From positions 1 to 64,000 of the forward strand of contig CAJFCJ010000012.1 of the NCBI GenBank assembly GCA_904063045.1: 64,000 nt of DNA, written 5' to 3'. Positions 40,280-53,818 of the stretch are shown piece by piece. Numbering within the stretch: the stretch's first letter is position 1; the number at the start of each line of letters is the position of its first letter. Source of the DNA: Dimorphilus gyrociliatus (Eukaryota; Animalia; Annelida). The translations under genes were made by a program, and so were the position numbers. The notes beneath the pieces were generated by a model. That model saw only the letters and a list, made by a program, of their open reading frames with translations, made no database searches and had not been told where the DNA came from.

Positions 40280-43200
40280 TCAAGCGTGTTTTGTAGCTAT
40301 CTTTCCCTTTCCAATTTCACTGTTTTCATAAACATCATCTTTGTCGCTAGTTTCTCTTTCTATTTTATTAGCAAAATTATCTTGAGCTTCTTTTTTCATT
40401 TGCATCTTTTTAATAATTGCTATTCTTCTCTGTTCAATATCCGCTTTCGACTCTATTTTATTAATTAATTCCTAAAAATTGAACAAATTTATTTTTTATG
40501 TGGAAGACTATATCGATTTTTATCTTATATTTTCTCTCTCTTCTCTCTACATATTAGTATATTAGTATATCTATGTATATATATATATATTGTATATAAT
40601 TTTAGATTGTATTTAAGGGCGTTTACACAAATATTATAAATTTCATTATAAATAAGGCCGCAAGATATCTATTTTTCAAGCGTATTGAATACATTGCTAT
40701 TTATTATTCAGCTGTGGCTGTGCATTATAAGAAAAAAAATTCTTTAAATAGACAAGGAATTAAAAAAAAATGATTTAACTTCAACTACTTTTCATAAAAA
40801 TCTAAAAATATTTAATAGAATTATGATAATTTACTTAACAGATTAAGATTGTTGAAGTAGTTATTAAACACAAAATCTTTTAAAATCTCAATCTCTCAAA
40901 GTCTATAAATAAATTCTGCTTTACAATAGTAAATTTTTGAATTTATAGTTTTTATCTTGTAATAATTATTAACGAATTAGCTCGTTTTAATCGTTTAAGA
41001 ATGTATAAGCGCACTCTTTATAATCCTATTCTCTTAAAACTTATTTAATTTATAAAAAATTGAATAGTAATTAAATAAATTGATTAATATTTTGAGTATA
41101 TACCTCTGCTCCTTTTCTTTTTTCTTCAAGAGCCTTCTCCTTCTGAGATTTTAACCAGCTAGGTAATGATGCTATTTTCTCCTCCTGTTTCTTTTTAGTT
41201 GCTAATTGCTGTTAATATAACATGTATTTTAATCAACTACTTTTAAGAAAGAAAAAATGATTTACGTGTAGTTTGATTGCTCGTCGTTTTGTAGCTTGTC
41301 GAAATCTTAAATCCCCGATAGTATAAGCCAAGATAAAGTATAGAAACTATAAAACAATAAAATGTCAATAATAATTATAGTTTTAGAATCTATTAAATTT
41401 ACATTTAAATTTCCAAGTACAAAAAACGCTACTGGAATAAAAAACGGGAAAATCAACCACGTTCCAGTTGATAGTATTAAAGAGATGACAGTCTTCATAA
41501 ATAATTGCCTTTTAATAAAAAATATAAGATTTTAATAGGTTAAATACAAGTTTAATAATATTTCTTTAATTACAGTATATATTGGAAATCCAAATCCATA
41601 GGTAGGGCAACTCTATTGGAATTTTCATTATTAGCATCCTTCATAATACGATAGGTAAGTAATAGAAGAACGTAGCAAATCTAAAAGTGCGAAATAATTA
41701 GATAATCTATACTTTTTAAAATTCAATCAACTATACCAAATTCAATAATCCAATTGGTAGAAAATAAGAAGTTGAAATTACATGTTCAGCTTCCATCCAG
41801 CAGCTATAAAATATGATATAAATTCACTTAAAAAGTAATATATTAAATATAATTCAAAAAATTTTAGAGATGTTGAAATATAATTCTTCTTATATAGATA
41901 ACTTACAATTTTTTACTTGTATATTTATTCTCATTCATTAAAATTGCACAAAGAGCAGAAAAGAATGGAATTAGCCAGCAGGTGAATAGTTGCAACAATT
42001 TACCCCATTCAGTGTTGGTAGGCCGTAACTATTATAATTTAAAAAAAATATTCCAACTATAAACGAAGTAATTAATAAGTAAAATAGATACTTGATTGTG
42101 CATCCAAATACAAAGTGCCATTAACCAAAAAAAGGAGGCCAAAGATCCCCAATGCGTCATAAATGTTATAAATAAACAAGCTTCCTATAATAAGAAAATT
42201 ATTTAATTGTCATGGAAGTATTTATTACAAATTTAATTCTATAATTCCTCTTTTTATTGGATTTTACTATTATTTTAATATTACCTCATAATCCGTTGTC
42301 CAGCTTCCAAAGCAAATGGCTGCGCAAGCCATTCCATTAGCAAAAGCCATATTATTCAAAATGTAGAAATGTTTAGATAAAAATATACTATTCATTTTTA
42401 TAAAAAAAATGTATTAAATATGTTAATTAATCACGTTTTGAACTTACCCTAATAAAAAGTACATAATTACACAAATCACCATGAATATCAAGCCCATTGC
42501 AACTGTGAATAGAATAAGAGGATCTGAACTGAAAGATTTTTCAGTAGATATTGTTTCTACTCCAGGTTTAGATAAAACACCAAACGTTGTTGTATGATTG
42601 CATTGACATGTTACATAATATCTTCCATCTTCTTTACCCTGACTTACAATGTGACAACCTTCAGTTCCAAACAATTGTTGCGCCCTATTAATCGCTAAAA
42701 ATATACAGATAGGATCTCGACTTTTCTATATAAAAAGTTACTTATTGATAGAAATATAAATGTTCAAACAATTGTTTAATTACCGTTTCTAAGAAATGTT
42801 GAATTTGGATCTTTTTAGTGAAAACGTGAGTGTTTGATAAGGCGGAAACAATCTTGAAGCTTATCATTTCTGAATTAACTACTCTCGTGTTTTGAATAGG
42901 ACTATTTTAAAGGATAAATAAAGAATGAATTTTATAAAGATGAAATCATTAGAATAATTGGCTCACGGGTCAGTTGGTTTCTGAGTAGTAATATAATCTT
43001 TTAAATCAGCAGATACAACTTCGTGTTTTTCGTTTGGCATAAAAAGATGAAGCCATTTATAAGCAATTGTTATTCCGTATAATCTTTCAGGAGCACTAAT
43101 ATTGCTTTTCGAACATGTGTAATCATTTAGAAATGTTTTTCCTAGTGATATGTGAGTAATTCTTTCAGGTAAGGGTAACTTATAACCACCCCTTATATGC

Positions 43201-46200
43201 TTTGCCGGTGGAGTTGGTGTTGGAGGTTTTTCCGGACTTCTCCAAGAATCAGCACAAGGCAATAACTCAATACACATTTCTAAGAAAGAAAACGTGATCT
43301 ATATTTTTACCCATGACTTCTAATGCTACATCTGAGTTAGTGTAATTGCTTACCAAGTGAATCTTTTTTAAGACAAGTAGTTTGTGATTTTTCAATTAAA
43401 TATTTCTGTAATTGTTCTCCAAATTCTTCAGCGAGTATTGTTAATTCTAGTAAAACATTGGACTTATCATATTTCTCATTCTGTGAGAAAAGAATTCAAT
43501 TTATAATTATTTAATAATTACTAAATAGAGAAATATTAATAGTTGTACTTGAATTAGATCATCCCATTGTTTTTTATTATTCTTGTGAAATATTCCACTC
43601 AATCCAGTTAATAATGACTAAGAAAATATAAAAAACAGGACTATTTTAACTATACCGTATTAATAATTTTGTATAGATGCTACTTACATCAATGTAATTC
43701 TGCTTTTCCAATGCCGTTTCAGCTGAATCAGTTAAGAAATTTATAGACAATAGAGTTTGAAATATTTGCTTGCAAGCTATTATATCTCCAGATTGCTTTA
43801 TATTCACTGGAATGCACAAATCAGTAAATCCTTTCATTACTGTTAATCTCAAACTATCATTTCCAGAGACGTAGTAAGCCTGTAAAGTAAATTATGAAAG
43901 AGTTATCGAATATACATTACTGTACTACTATAAATTCGTTACATTATGTAAGACGTTATTGAATGATTGATCTTGACAATTCGATTGATCAAAATCTTTC
44001 CAGTTATTAGGCCCAATGCATTGTCGACTTACAGCTCCTAGTTAATAGAATTATGTTAATGAAGAAATAATTTATTAACTTTTCAATATACACAACCAAT
44101 TAAAGGAGAAGGACAAGGTAATTCAGCTACATTGCCAACATCAGTTTGTGGCCAAAATTTATTATCGTACGCCTCTTCTCTTTTACAAAACGGTGGATCT
44201 GTGTATAGATACATTACATTTATTTATGAAATTATTAGATAAAAAGTTATTAATACTTGTTTTCCCAGGAGGGAGTTTTGTTGTAGTTTTTTCATTGTTA
44301 GGACAGGAACCTTGACAAGAGACCGTTTGTATCTCTGCATCAGAGTAGTCACCAGCTCCTTTACAACTTCTCCCACCATTTATAGGTTTCGGGTTATCGC
44401 ATGCCCGTCTCCGTGTTTTCTCACCAGCACCGCATAATACGCTACATCGAGACCAGACAGCCCATTCAGACCACTGTCCATCAACTGTAACAAAATATAT
44501 TAGAATTTAATTAACATTTATTTCTATTATTAAACGTCATTGAGAATCTAGTAACGAACCAGGACACTTTTGTTTAGCACACTCTTTAATTTCAGTCTGC
44601 CTATCAACTGGAACAAGGTTTCCATTAAATGACTTGCTATAATCACATGCTTTTCCTTTACCCGAAGGTACTGGGTCTGTACAAGTCCTGTAATAACTTA
44701 TTTTTTTAATATCATATAAAAATGATATCAATAAATAACCTTGATCTTGTAATCTGACCACCTCCACAAGATTTTGAGCACCATGACCAAATTGACCAGT
44801 CAGCCCATTTTCCGTCTGAATTAGTCTTTGGGCAAGGTACAAAGGTACAATTTCTTACAGTCGTGCCTTTGCCCGAACAATACTTGCCCCCAGCAGACGG
44901 ACTCGGATTATTACAAGATCTGTAACATATGTCAACAGTAAAGAAGATCTTTAAAGAAAATATTTTTCATAATATCTTACCTAATTCTTACTTTGAGGCC
45001 ATGTTCACCGCAAGTTTTATCACAATTGCTCCAAGCAGACCATAGACCCCATTTACCATCCGTAGCTGGACACTTAATCACAGTACAATCATCTGACTCT
45101 GTACTATTGCCCGAACATTGAGCTCCAAGACCTTGAGGTGTTGGGTTATCACATTTTCTTATTCTAGTTGTTACACCTAATCCACATGTTTTACTACACA
45201 TTGACCAAGCTTCCCAAGTTGACCATCCACCATCAGCTAACAAAATGAAAAAACCTCTTAAGACTTAGTTTGAAACATCAAGTATTTATTTACTTGAACA
45301 TTCTGTAGCAGTTTGACAGGGCGTTGTTTCATTATGATCACCTTTGCAATAAAGTCCGCCAAAGTACGGTGTAGGATTATTACAAGATCTTTGCCTAAAT
45401 TGCGTTCCAGATCCGCACGTAGCAGTACAGGAAGTCCACGTGGACCACAGTGACCATCCACCATGTTCTATTTTAATTCACAATTAGCTATATAATTTAA
45501 CTATATTGAAAAATCAGTTTTACTTGGACATGGATATAAATTACAACCAACGTATCTTGTTTGAGTTGAAAGTTGATTGGCATCTCCAAATGGACAGATT
45601 CGACCGCTATTCACTTTTAAAGATATTGTTCTATTTACGAGTTTTTTTTAATTTAATCAATTAACTTACGCGGAGCTGGATTATTACATTTCCTAAATCT
45701 GACTCTTTGACCCCCGTTACAAGTTCTAGAGCAAACTGTTAAAACTTTCCACTCTCCCCATAATCCATCTACATTGGGACACGTATGATTATTACAAAGC
45801 TGCGTTTCACTTTCAACTGTTGTGGAGACATTACAAGGAGTGCCTCCGTAGGCTGTTGCAGGGTTATTACAAAACCTCTGACGAATTTGATTTCCTCCTT
45901 CACAGCTAGAACTGCAGCTACTCCATATACTCCACAGACTCCATGATCCATCTACAGGACATTTTGCTATTTCACACAAATTTTCTTCAATAGGATCCCC
46001 TTTGCATGAGCTACCACCATTTGCTGGTGCTGGATTAGTACACGATCGTTTTCGAGTTCTGATCCCTGATCCGCATGTCTTTGAACATGTTGTTGTGAGA
46101 CTCCACGGTCCCCACTGACCATTAACTACGTCACTGGCTGTATAATGAGTTATTTAAAATATTACAAAAGTTTAAACTAAAAAAAATTATAGAAAGTTTC

Positions 46201-46983
46201 ATACCAGGACAATTATTAGTAGCACAAGCAACAAAATCTGTACCAATACCAGGACAATCCAACCCATCAACTGGGGCTGGATTGTTACAAAATCGTTTTC
46301 TTGTTCTTGTTCCACCGCCACAGGTTGTGGAACAATCCCCAAATTCAGACCAAGATGACCACTGGCCGTTGACTAATATGTAAAGAGTTAATAATACAAA
46401 AACTGTTCAGAAAAGAGAGATAAAAAAAGCTGATGAATAATTACTTGGGCAATTTTGTGTTGAACAACTTTGCATGTCTTTTTCACTACCCACGCAATAA
46501 TCTCCATTTGTCGGTACATTACAACTTCGAATTCTTGATTGACTTCCACCTCCACAAGTTGCCGAACAAGGAGACCAAGGATTCCAGTTATTCCAAGATC
46601 CTTTTTCTCTACAAGGATTAAATGAGCAGGGTTCATTCTGTCAAAAAATATTAAAAACTAGGAATAAAAGTAAAAGAAATAAACAAATTAAGAAACCTAC
46701 ATCGATATCATTACCCGTACAAGGTTCAGAAAGGCACGTTCTATTTCTTAATAAAATTCCTCCGCCGCAGCTAGAACTACATGAACTCCAAGCGTTCCAT
46801 TCTGACCATAAGGCTTTTAAAAAGTCAATATATCAGATGATCGTTATATAAAGAAGATTATAAAATTTAATATATAAAAGAAGATAAAAGTCGTAGCCTT
46901 AATATTAGCTAACTTTTTTCGTTACTCTGTTTACCTGTTGTATAGTAGAATGATCCAAGTATATAAAGAAGTTGAATAAACAT
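40280..46983 (-). CDS. Adhesion GPCR with about 11 thrombospondin type-1 repeats, HRM, GAIN/GPS and class-B 7TM (BAI/ADGRB-like architecture)
   Basis: Signal exon [16 protein letters not shown] (ATG 46983); WSxWSxCSxTCGxG repeats across 44290-46815; HRM FC....WPQT..G..AELPCP..RQC..W; [15 protein letters not shown]; TM3 C..HW..LASFFW, TM4 WLIP, ECL2 CW; stop at 40280-40282. Confidence 0.92.
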
Positions 46984-48138
46984 TTTGGAAAGTATTAGAT
47001 TAATCCGATTTTAAATACAAGGAAAATCTTTTATTAGAGAGCAATTAATCCATATTAAAAGAAATGCTTAATCAAGACTAAGGGTAATTTGTTCATATTT
47101 TGCTGTTGCTCAAAACAGAAAAAACTAAACAATTGCAACGCTACCTTTTGTCTAATGAATTAATTATGTGACAACAATGGGTCGGTTTATTATTATTTAG
47201 GTTCATTAGAATAATTAATGTCTTCTTTTTGTATAGTTTTTATTAACTTATATGAAAGAAACTATTTAAATATGCAACATTTGCTTTCATGAAAACAATA
47301 GGCTTAAGGTTGAATCTAGTTTTAGCACTTGTTACCATAATATCTTCTGTATGTGTCGGTGTTTAAACATAAAATGCGTTAACATTTCAGCACAAGCGAT
47401 GTAAATAATGTTTAAAGATATTCTGATAAAGGAACTTTTATCCAGTAATATAACATTTATATGTTAATTAAAAATGAATAGCAAATAGCTGGTTACTAGC
47501 TGTTATGAATTAACCTTCTTTCCCCAATAAACTAGCCTTTTCTTAATCTAATAGCTAGACATTTTCTGTAAAGAAAAATAACGTCATCATCATCCCTGTG
47601 AATTTAATAAATTAAACAAAAGTGTTTCTCAAGGCTAAACTTATTCAATTCATCTATTAGCAAGTAATAAATCGTTCTTTTAAAGTGATCGCTATCGGTA
47701 TATGCGAGTTGAATAAATCGTTATTAATTAGCGAAAGGTCATGCTAATATAATTCTTTTTTTTTTCTTTCTATATAGGCTAATGTTTCATGATACAGTGA
47801 CTTATTCTCCAATGGAAAAATATCTTATCTCTTTTTCAATTATTACTGTTACTATAAAATATCATAAATATTTAATTAAACTTTTCTAAACGTAGATATG
47901 ACAGATATCATCTTTAAAAGATGTGATAGTTACAAATTCAACACTGTATATATTTATCTGTATACAATATCTGTGTAGAGTTTACGAGACAAATGCACGT
48001 AGACATATCTTTATGTAGTATACATTTTGTAAATATTGAAAAATATTAAGCCTATATATAAAAGTTGAATTCTCTTACAATTAAAACAGTTTTTCACAAC
48101 ATATATTATGACTTTTTCAATAATTAACTATTTTCCTT

Positions 48139-51108
48139 CTATTTTAACAGAATTATTGCGTAGATTGAGAGCCATAGGATTGACTGGTAGAAAGTAGAGC
48201 CACCAGATGACACTGCCTGATCATAAGAAACTTTTCTTTTAATTACTATAACGTGAATTGTAACGTTTGAGGCGGAACTGCCAATTATGTTTGATGCAAC
48301 GCATTTAAAAGTTCCAGCATGTGATATGTGAACATTCTTAAGAATTAGTTGGTTCTTAGTATAAAAATTTTTCCTATCTCCATTCGGAGCAGCACTAATC
48401 TTTTTTCCGTTGGGATGCCACCACGTGACCATAGGAGATGGATCACCCCATGCGTTACATAGTAATTTTACTGTTGTTCCCGACTTTGCAGTGAGATCCT
48501 GAGAAATAGTTTCAATATTTGGCTTATGGCATGAATATTTTGCACTTGATAGTCCCTCGGAAAAAGTTTTATTCACAAAACACCTAGCACCTACTATTCT
48601 AGCCTTAGAGGTTTTAATGACCTTTTTAAGCCATTTAATTTCGCAATTACAGTGCAACTGATTCCACCTTATGGAAAAGATGTGTAATCTGTTGAAAAGG
48701 TTTTGTATGCTAGGACGTAAAGAAGTGATCCGATTTCCATCCAGATACAAGGATTTCAATTTAGGTAATCCTCTGAAAAATGTAGAAATAGGGAAGGAGA
48801 ATGAGGTATTAACAAGACTTAATTTCCCAAGATTTTTCAATCCGTACTTAGATATATCACGTGATCCAATAGGGTTATGATCGAGGATTAGCTCCTTAAA
48901 GTAAATCAAGTCTCATAAAAATCATAATTTATTTTCTTTTTAAAGAGAAAGGCGACAAGAGCTAATATAATATAGCAAGTTTGACAATTTATTTGTGTAA
49001 TGGATTATTTATTTATTACTAATAGGAGCATTATATGAAATTTTCTTTCATAACTCTTTGTCTTATTTAAAATAAATGAAAATTATAAACTTTATATAAA
49101 GAGAATTGTAGATAGTGAAATAGAAAGTGTGAAATATTTAATATTTTCCTTTTTTTTATCAATTGCTTAACCTCTACAAGCTAAGAGTTAAGAATAAAAA
49201 TTGACAGATTGACCCAATCTCTTTTCTCTTTTTTCGGATATGCTTTATAGAGTAAATTATATACCTTCTTATTTATACTTTGGATTATCGATTACGTACA
49301 TAGAGCATATAAGAAAAATTGTTTCCTATTGAGTTTGGAATTTACTAGAATAAAAAAATTTATTTCGGTAAATATCGATCGAAAGTGTTCGAAATGGAAT
49401 TAATTAATTTTATGCCAGAGAATGAAGAATTTGAATAAGTAATTCTCCAATATTTGACTAGAGTTATTCTTTAAGAGTAAAATGTAAAAGTACAATGATA
49501 GGATATTATCTTGGCTTTTCATTGTAGTTCATAACTTTAAGATTTTTGTTTACTTTTCTTATACACAAAGAAATTTATATAGTTACTGGAATCGTTTGTC
49601 CTAGATACGATAAACATTAAACTCTGGACTCGATTTAAGGATAAATATAGATCCCTCAAGACGGATATTTTCCTATCCTTATGGATAACTATAAAATCGA
49701 ACAACAGCTTTTAAAAAAAAAACAAAATAGCTAACTCCTTTTTCGAGTAATCCACATTTATATTTTCATAGTATGAGCCCCGAAGGGATACTTCCGTCTT
49801 ACAATTGCTCGAATTCTTTAAAGAACATAATATAGTCCTTCTCCTTTCTAGCTATTTAATAACCTATATAGATTAATTATTCTCCAGTCGTTAGGGTTAT
49901 ATATATACTGTATATACAGTATACATAAAAGAGAAATATATCAAGACGTAGATTAATGATCAACTGATAAAAGATATAAATAACTAATAATAGAGAAACT
50001 TCTTAAGAAATATCTTTTATCTCCTCCTTTTTTAACTCAATATATGAAATCTTCTTCTAAAAGTGTTTAGATAGAAAACATTTTCAACTGTCATTGTTAA
50101 AAGTATTGCCACTAAACATATTTTTAATCATAATATCTTACTTTTAAATGTAATTTTTTTACATAATAAAGAGTTTATCTACCTTTCTCTCTTATTAAAA
50201 TATTATACAATAGATAGCTGTTAATGTCTTGTTTGTGAAACTAGCTTAAAAATAATAAATCCATAAATAACTAAATGAATAAGTTAAGAAAATAATTGAT
50301 TTCTTTTCTAAATATCTAAACTCTCGACTAACCTATAAAATTAAATGATCGATTGAAATATGATAATTATTTAATAGTTAGGAGACTTTTCTCTTTGATT
50401 TACTTTAACGAGTAATTGTTTCAGGAAAGAAATTTGAATAATACCGTTTCCAGTTAGATTTAGGAAATTGAGGTTAAATCCTTCAAAAGAATTATCGTCT
50501 AGAATTAACGGAAGTTTTGAATAGGACCACTCGAATCTTTTCAAACTTGTTTTTAACGCTTTCAATACACTTGTAGATCGAATCGAACAATTCCTCAACA
50601 ACAAATTTTCTACCCGACACTTCTGGAATGCTGCTGGATTAACGAATGTTAATCCATTTGATGTTAGGCTTAAATTTTTTATATTCGCTCTATAAAATGA
50701 GCGAGCTTGGAGCTGTTCAATAAGATTTGAATCTAATTTCAAGTTTTCGCACCTTAATGATGTGAAAGTGTTAGTTAATATCCGACTGATTTGATTATAT
50801 CTCAAATCCAAATAATTTAGAGTTAATCCTCTGAAAGAATCCGAATCGATATGCTTAATTCCAGATTTCCTTAAATCTAATGTTGTTAAAGAGGTAAATT
50901 TCTTAAAATCAAACTTTTTTATCCTCTTAAAGTTATTTCCTCTCAGATAGAGTTCATTCACAGATTTATGAATTTTAGGAATTACAGTCAAATTCTTGTC
51001 ATTGCAGGCTACTAGATGAGAACCATGAGAAAAGCAAAAACAATATTCCGGGCAAATTAGAGAATTGCATAATATCAGCTTTAGGAAGATTATGCAAATT
51101 AGGAGCAT
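48139..51108 (-). CDS. Extracellular LRR + LRRCT + Ig(I-set) protein with a C-terminal hydrophobic tail (probable GPI anchor), 2 exons
   Basis: Signal peptide and LRRNT CPEYCFC; LRRs; intron 50403-48895 joins ..LLVK|ELILDHNP..; LRRCT NQLHCNCEIKWL..C; Ig C.AWGDPSP.V.W..G.FKCVASN; tail SSGGSTFYQSILWLSIYAIILLK*. Confidence 0.9.
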
Positions 51109-51977
51109 TGTTTAAATTTCATTGTTGAGAAGTTTATATTTAGCAAAATATGTTTTTATATCTATATTTCTGAACGGCGAAAGGCAAATATCTCAGGAAA
51201 AATGCGCTCGATTTGAGTCGATGGATTTGTTTGATTACGTTTCGACGATAGAGGGCACTGATTGAAGGGTGCAGGTTATCGAAAAAGGGTATTGTATACT
51301 TCTATCTTTAACATTCTTCAATCTAATTACAATCTATAGTGAATATTTTCATAGAAGATTTATATGATCAATGTAAGCTTACTCTATATCTTGTTTATTT
51401 ATAATTATTATACATAATCATTTCCGAAGAATTCAATTAAGTTTCATTATATCATTCATATCTCTCTGCAAAAGACTGTAAAAACAGTGAATAACTCACG
51501 TAAGAAAAAAGAAAATATCCAAATTTTCCTCTTTCAACTAACATAGTTTACTGTTTGAATAAATCTTTAAATAACAAATATACTATGTTATTTAGGCGTA
51601 TACACACGCACATACACACATTTATATATAGGCTTTTTTAAAAAAATAGTCAAATTCTATATTCTATCCTGTTGATATTTGCTTTTAGAATTGGAAAATT
51701 GTTGATTTAAGTTATTAGAAGGTGGAAAATAAATTTTAAGAGGCGTTATTATATATAATATATTATATATGATATATATATGCAAGAAAATTATATAAAT
51801 CTGTGAACTTTATTGAAATTATTCATAAAAATTCCTATCAATTGAAATTTGATATTATTGATTTTTTTTTGCCTTTTTGTATGAAATACGGTTCCGGCCT
51901 TATTTCTCTTTTCATTTTTTATTAAAAAATAAAAAACATAGACAGAGTTAGACAGATATCAGAGAAGAAGAAGAAGA

Positions 51978-51980
<3 letters not shown>

Positions 51981-52016
<36 letters not shown>

Positions 52017-52074
52017 CAGGCAGACTGATAGACAGACAGACATAGGCACGGAAGGAATATAATTTTTCTTTATT

Positions 52075-52110
<36 letters not shown>
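51981..52110. repeat. Inverted microsatellite pair (GA)16 ... (CT)16
   Basis: (GA)16 at 51981-52012 and (CT)16 at 52079-52110. Confidence 0.93.
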
Positions 52111-52115
<5 letters not shown>

Positions 52116-53796
52116 CCGATCTCTCCCTAACTTTCTTATAAGTATAATTTACACGGTAATAGTCTCATATATAAGTGATGAAATGACTATTTTTATGTTA
52201 ATATTAAATTTTAATTATTATAAAAGAAAAATAGTATTTCTTTATTTAACAATGTTCCCGCACTTGTATATAAATATACCTTTCATTTAACTGATCCATA
52301 AATTGTACTTTTTAAGACGGTATCAAAACCAATAGCATATATATAACACGTTTTTTTGACTGTTTATTTTTATTTTTCAGCTTTGTAAATCAACAAATTT
52401 TTATTTGATAGCTATCTCCCAAAGATTTTTAATTTTACTTACAACTTAATGGGCATAATTAACCCTTTCATAAAAGGATTAACTCTGGACATAAAATACT
52501 GGACATTTAATAAAACTAGTCATATAAAATTACTACTTTTATTAAAGGATTTATTCTAGCCTATTAGCAGATTTATTAAGATTTTCTTTCTTATAATATG
52601 GGTATTTATACAGATTCGTCTTTTTTATGACTTTTTGGTTTCTCTAGCTAAATTCATTACTTTCGAAAAGTTTCAATGTAAATTGACAGCTGTGAGGTCA
52701 GAGAAGTCATATGCAACTTGAAATTTAAATTAGTTCAATCAATCAAAAAGTTGCAAAAATAGTGACAATTGTAAAGCATTGTTTATTGTATAGTTTTTTT
52801 TTTAATAAAAAAATATTTTCTAAATCTCCTAGTAAAAAAGAGATAATGTAACGTATTTCACTTTAATTAGAGTATATCGTTAGAAAAATATCATAACAAT
52901 TAATTGCAATGAAAAAGAAGTTTCTAATTAAAATTGCAGAACCTAAACAAACACGTGCATAGCTTAAATATTTTTACATTCGTCGTTCATCTTCTTTAAT
53001 CACAAAATAATGTATAACTCTACTAAACAGCTACCGCGATACCGCAATGGTTAAAAAGGAGGGAGAAAAAGCCCCTAAAGCCACTTTAAAGAGTAGCGGA
53101 TGTAAATGGCATATCAAGAAACCCCCGTGACTAAGCATTTCATTTTATTTATTCTGTCAAAAAGAAAAAATTTCGTATTGACTTAGTCCAATACTTTTTC
53201 CTTTAAAAGTTGAAAATTAGTTGAAAAAATAAAGAAAATAAAGTCCTTTTCATTTTTTTTATAAACTTTTAACAATAGTATAAGAAAAAAAAATATAGCC
53301 ACCCACCAAACTTCAATAAGAAAGAGAAACAGTTGAATATATCGAATTTTATGCGTTTCCTGTATTAAAACGGATATTTATTATGAATGTTTAAAGTTTT
53401 TAATTTCAACAAATGTGAAAATTGTTAAATTATATTTTGAAAATGGCATCTCAGTCTCTATAGGAGATACAATGTGACACGAAAATTCACAGGGTCGAAT
53501 GACGTCTAATGATATGCTTGTCGATCCGTACAATTCTAATATATCAAGAGACAAAATATATTCAAAAGCTTTGATATAAAAATATGCTTTTGCAATCGAA
53601 TATTTTTACACTTCTAAATAAAACAGTTGGAGATATTCTTTTTTTCTTCTCTAGTAGCAATTATCTTTTTATCCCTACTAATAATCAAGTAAACTCCGTT
53701 ACTATATTCATACGGATACAATAAATTTTCTACATGGTATATATTTAACTGATTGAAGAAGAGAGGTGGGAAATGGGTAACCAGGGGACAAGGGTT

Positions 53797-53818
53797 AGAG
53801 AGAGAGAGAGAGAGAGAG
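53797..53818. repeat. (AG)n microsatellite
   Basis: About 11 AG units, read directly. Confidence 0.93.

Noticed and set aside
39794-41103. SEA-protein ORF as a spliced C-terminal extension of the adhesion GPCR
   Set aside because: The GPCR has its own terminal exon and stop at 40280, and joining its phase-0 donor to the acceptor 5 nt before ATG 39793 gives an immediate stop (CGA ATA TGA).
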